A stretch of 64,000 nt of DNA from Oscillatoriales cyanobacterium (GTDB lineage: Bacteria > Cyanobacteriota > Cyanobacteriia > CACIAM-69d). The stretch is from positions 1,778-65,777 of the forward strand of contig RDXB01000039.1 of NCBI GenBank assembly GCA_004292515.1, in the 5' to 3' direction. The translations under genes were made by a program, and so were the position numbers. This document shows positions 60,196 to 64,000 of this stretch, one piece after another. The notes under the pieces are model-generated. The model searched no databases, was not told where the DNA came from, and was given only the letters and a program-made list of their open reading frames with translations. Position 1 is the first letter of the stretch, and the number at the start of each line of letters is the position of its first letter.

Positions 60196-62718
60196 CTAGG
60201 TGTTCGGCGCAGAAAAAGCCCCATCCCAATATTCTGGGGGCGGGCAATCGAGATATTGGGTGGATCGCTCTAGGTGGAGCTTGACGGCGCGATCGTGGGG
60301 GCGCAATTGTTGGGCAGCGGCAAAATGCACCATCGCCTTGTGGAAGTGAAAGTCATTAAAGGCTTCTTTGCCTAATTGGTACTGTTCGAGAAAAGTTTCG
60401 TCCTCAAAGGACAACACGCGCGATCGATCCCCAATTAGTTCGTAAATGCGCGTGGGCTTGGAGCGTCCCTTCACCCGCACTCGATCGAGTTCCCGCGCCC
60501 ACACCCGATCGGCACAGCGCTCGTAGGTCGATTCGCTCACAATAATGTCACAGGCATATTCCTTGGTCAGGGCTTCGAGGCGCGAGCTGACATTTACTGT
60601 GTCGCCGATCGCCGTGTAGTCCATCCGCCGCCGCGACCCAATATTGCCAACGATCACCTCGCCGGAACTGATGCCAATGCCCACTCGCAGGGGCGGGCGC
60701 TCCGTTGCTGCCAAGGCGCGGTTAAACACCTTCAGTCGATCGCGCATATCCAGGGCCGTCAGCACCGCCAGCCAAGCATGATCTTCATCCAAGGGCAGCG
60801 GCGCACCAAACACCGCCATCAATGCATCGCCAATAAACTTATCGAGGGTGCCCTTGCGATCAAAAATTGCCTCCACCATCGTTTCAAAATACTGATTCAA
60901 CAGGGCCACCACCTCAGTGGCATCCAGGGCTTCCGCCAAGCTGGTGTAGCTGCGGATGTCGCAAAACAAAATCGTCACATCCTTGCGCTCGCCGGTGAGG
61001 GTGTCGGCTCCCAACTCTACCGCCCGCTCGGCCACCTCGGGGGTCATGTAGCGTGACATGGTGGCTTTCAGGCGCTGCTCGCGGCTAATGTCTTCGAGCA
61101 CGATCAATCCGCCACGCGCCTTGCCGTCCAAATCCGTGAGGGGATTCACTGCCAGGTTGACGTTGCGATCGAACAGTTGCATGTCCTCGGGATTAATGTA
61201 CTCGGGCGATCGCGCCGGATCATTCCACAGACGCACGCGATCGCTCTCCACGGGCACTACCCACACGGTTCCTTCCAGGGGGCTAAAATAGCGCCCCACC
61301 CGCAGGCCCTGCTCCGGCACCCGATGGCGCGCACCCGTGGTCAGACTATCCAGCAAGCGCGATTGCAAGGATTCGATCGGAATCACTTCCCACACGGGGC
61401 GCTGGATCAACCGCTGCTCCCAAATGCGTTGAATGCTGCGTCGGCCGGCGATACCGTCCCGCCGCACCGGACAGCCCAGCAGCTCCAATGCCGCCTCGTT
61501 AATTGTCACTACCCGCCCTTGCAAGTCCGTGGAAATTACGCCGTTGGATAGGCTGCGCAGAATGTCTTTTTGGTATTGCTGCTCGGTCAGAACACTGGCA
61601 AAGAGGCGGGCATTTTCTAGGGCCACACCGGCCTGGGTGTTGAAAGCCCGCATAAAGGCTTCGTCGGAACTGCTAAAGCTGCCCTGTTTGCGGTTAAGCA
61701 GTTGGCTGACTCCAATCAAGGAGCCGGCGGGATCAAAAATCGGCAGACAGAGGGCATTGCGCGTGGCCAAGCCATTGGGGCAATCGACTTCAGGATCGAA
61801 GTGACTGTGGGAGGGAGCGTGGCTGAGGTTTAGAGGCTCGCCGGTTTGGGCCACATAGCCCACCAGTCCCCGATCGATCCCAATTGCCAGCGATCGACCA
61901 TCTTCGAGGGTGGTGTGGAGCTGGCCCCGGTTGCGATCGAGCCGATAGAGCCGGCCATAGTCTGCCTGCATAAAATCCCGCGCCTCGGCAATGACCGATT
62001 GCAGGGTGCGATCGAGATTCGTATCCACCTGCGCAAACAGGGTCGTCACCTTCAGCAGCGCCGCCACGCCGCGCTGGTTGCGGGCTGCTTGGTAAAACGA
62101 CTGGCAACTTTCGAGAATAATCCCGATCGCCGTAGCAAATTCCCGAAATCGCTCCTCATCTTTGGCATCAAACGCAGAGCCGGTGGTTTTATTCAGCAGT
62201 TGCACCACCGCCACCACATCGCCACTGCTGCTGCGCACGGGCATACACAACAGGGCGCTGGTGGGGCGATCGCCCACCCCATCAAAGGCCCGCTCAAACC
62301 CCGCCACTTGCTCCACATTGGCCGCATTCACCACCTGACCCGTGGCAGCCGATCGCCCCGTCAAGCCCGTGTTCAGGGGAATGCGGATTTCACGGGAAGC
62401 TTGGGGATGGCTGCCATTGGGGCGCGCCCACAGTTCCGCGCGATCGGCATCCACCAAAAAAATCGTGGTGCGCTCCGCCTCCAACACCAAACCAATTTTG
62501 AGGGTCAAGGCATCCAGAATTTGCTCCAGGATGCTTTCGAGCGCCGCATTATTGACTAGATCAAAGGCCCGGAGAAATTGCTGAAACTCCGCCGTAATAA
62601 AATCCAACAGGCAAATAAACTCTGACACCGGCAAGTCCTTGACCCGCCGCGTCAGTAACCCGACCCGATCAGGCTGGGTTAACGAAGCCAAAAAACTACC
62701 AGTGCCAGCAAACGTCAT
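60196..62718 (-). CDS. GAF-GAF-PAS class III adenylate cyclase (CyaB-like)
   Basis: LLNKTT..FD.KDE GAF motif; LFCDIRSYT, DKFIGDALMA, DYTAIGDTVNVSSRLE; TPR-like tail. Confidence 0.9.
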   Translation of the reverse strand: MTFAGTGSFLASLTQPDRVGLLTRRVKDLPVSEFICLLDFITAEFQQFLRAFDLVNNAALESILEQILDALTLKIGLVLEAERTTIFLVDADRAELWARPNGSHPQASREIRIPLNTGLTGRSAATGQVVNAANVEQVAGFERAFDGVGDRPTSALLCMPVRSSSGDVVAVVQLLNKTTGSAFDAKDEERFREFATAIGIILESCQSFYQAARNQRGVAALLKVTTLFAQVDTNLDRTLQSVIAEARDFMQADYGRLYRLDRNRGQLHTTLEDGRSLAIGIDRGLVGYVAQTGEPLNLSHAPSHSHFDPEVDCPNGLATRNALCLPIFDPAGSLIGVSQLLNRKQGSFSSSDEAFMRAFNTQAGVALENARLFASVLTEQQYQKDILRSLSNGVISTDLQGRVVTINEAALELLGCPVRRDGIAGRRSIQRIWEQRLIQRPVWEVIPIESLQSRLLDSLTTGARHRVPEQGLRVGRYFSPLEGTVWVVPVESDRVRLWNDPARSPEYINPEDMQLFDRNVNLAVNPLTDLDGKARGGLIVLEDISREQRLKATMSRYMTPEVAERAVELGADTLTGERKDVTILFCDIRSYTSLAEALDATEVVALLNQYFETMVEAIFDRKGTLDKFIGDALMAVFGAPLPLDEDHAWLAVLTALDMRDRLKVFNRALAATERPPLRVGIGISSGEVIVGNIGSRRRMDYTAIGDTVNVSSRLEALTKEYACDIIVSESTYERCADRVWARELDRVRVKGRSKPTRIYELIGDRSRVLSFEDETFLEQYQLGKEAFNDFHFHKAMVHFAAAQQLRPHDRAVKLHLERSTQYLDCPPPEYWDGAFSAPNT

Positions 62719-63093
62719 GAGCGCGGCGCAACAAAAAGGCTAGGAGCAATCGCGAATGAGCTGGGCCTGGCAAGGGGGTGAACACCACAATCTTGGCCAC
62801 AAGCCGGAATCAAAATTATCTGGAATTGATGCAGAGGTCGCATGGTGTTTGCCCTCAGGATCAGCCCCCACTTGCTAAGTCTCAGGGCCTCGCCAGCCCA
62901 TGAGGGGATGCATCACAACGGCGATTTTTCTCATCATCGGCCTTTGCCCACTCTCCAGCATTGCCCAACGTTGGCTGACCCGAGTTCCCTAGTCCCACTG
63001 CTTACTCTAATTGTTAGACCGAACTTGCGCCTCTTGCCACCCCATCTCCCGATCCGAGCGCGATCGCCTGGGGGGATTCGATCGGCAGCCTCG

Positions 63094-63185
63094 GCCGGTG
63101 GCAGGACAGTCAGCCGGTGGCAGGACAGTCAGCCGGTGGCAGGACAGTCAGCCGGTGGCAGGACAGTCAGCCGGTGGCAGGACAG
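63094..63185. repeat. 19-bp tandem repeat GCCGGTGGCAGGACAGTCA, about 4.8 copies
   Basis: Read directly from the sequence; no spacers between units. Confidence 0.92.
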
Positions 63186-63304
63186 ATCGGCCGCAGCCCA
63201 GTCCCAATCGTCTTTACAACCATGGGGTGACTCACCCCGGAGAATACGGAGGCTGACCCTGGAGCCAGCGCGACAACATTAACCCAGGCGATCGCGCCAC
63301 CGTC

Positions 63305-64000
63305 CTAGGGCTGGGCCTGGGGCCAGGGAATCACTTTGCTGGTGGCGACGGCATCGGTGAGTGCCTGCGCCCCATAGCGGTTGAGGTGGCTGGGATCCGA
63401 GAAGCGATCGTAGCGTGTCACCCACAGGCGCGATAGGTCGAGGTAGGTCAAGGGCTGCGATCGCATGAACTGATCGAACTGTTGCTCATAGGTCGATCGC
63501 GCCCCATCGAGGTAGTCATCCGTCAAGGGCACGTTCACAAACACCACCGCCACGCCTCGGGTCTTGGCCTGCACCAAAAGGGCCGTCAAGGCTTCAAATT
63601 GTTCGCCCCCCAAGGAAAAACTCCGGTAGTCACTGTCGAAGTCGCCTGGAACCCGTGGATAGGTTTGGTAATAGGTTTGGGGATCGAACTTGACCGATAG
63701 GGGCAAAAACCCGTTGAGATCCACTACCCCATCGCGCCCGTGACCCGAGGCAGCAGTGATTTTGCCCAGGTGGACGCGGGCTCCTTGCACCAAATCTGGC
63801 AGGGCTGGATCCACGCCACGCCGCAGGGTCTCCCCCGCCCCCAAGGCCGCAAACAAACTCCAGCCTTGCCAGCGATCGCGCAGGGTCGCTTTCAGGCTTT
63901 CGCGGCGGCTGTGGGTCTGGGAAAGCTGGCTGGTGTGGTCTTGCAGCCAAGCCTCGAAATCCTCGGGTGTGGGAATGGCGGCCACAGCCACCCCCAGCCA
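63305..64000 (-). CDS. C-terminal part of a DUF1574 / SGNH-like protein (partial)
   Basis: Frame open to the window edge; VVFVNVPLTDDYLD, FSDPSHLNRYGA (DxxH). Confidence 0.7.
   Translation of the reverse strand, partial: WLGVAVAAIPTPEDFEAWLQDHTSQLSQTHSRRESLKATLRDRWQGWSLFAALGAGETLRRGVDPALPDLVQGARVHLGKITAASGHGRDGVVDLNGFLPLSVKFDPQTYYQTYPRVPGDFDSDYRSFSLGGEQFEALTALLVQAKTRGVAVVFVNVPLTDDYLDGARSTYEQQFDQFMRSQPLTYLDLSRLWVTRYDRFSDPSHLNRYGAQALTDAVATSKVIPWPQAQP

Noticed and set aside
63094-63185. Possible CRISPR array
   Set aside because: The 19-bp units are directly adjacent with no unique spacers, and there are no cas genes.

Overview
Chromosomal DNA from a GC-rich cyanobacterium: the HIP1 octamer GCGATCGC is everywhere and there are cyanobacteria-specific genes (TIGR02652 family, hpsP-like, DUF4278). 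The style resembles Limnothrix-type filamentous strains, but I cannot verify the taxon. Most of the window is housekeeping: Mini-III, STAS protein, cysK, pyrE, fabG, recJ, GST, thiC with a TPP riboswitch, lptA/B/F-G, purE, nagA, aroH, aroC, a Gld-type ABC operon, a CHASE4 multi-sensor kinase and a GAF-GAF-PAS adenylate cyclase. Interspersed are AT-richer accessory genes and a dense set of small repeats. The main points of interest are: (1) a TPR-less GT41 gene directly followed by a GT4 gene, resembling the ngt-agt cytoplasmic protein N-glycosylation operon of Pasteurellaceae; (2) a ~145-bp MITE-like element that carries a 20-bp palindrome (CAAGGGGCTTAAGCCCCTTG) and appears to insert into the central TA of that same palindrome, giving nested copies; (3) a single-chain restriction-modification gene whose nuclease PD-ExK glutamate reads Gly; (4) a tnpA-less IS605-family element with intact TnpB and IS608-like ends (predicted TAM TCAG); (5) GTAG-footed REP-like elements, including a perfect 38-bp inverted repeat flanking pyrE. 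All family assignments come from motif recognition by eye; no database searches were run.
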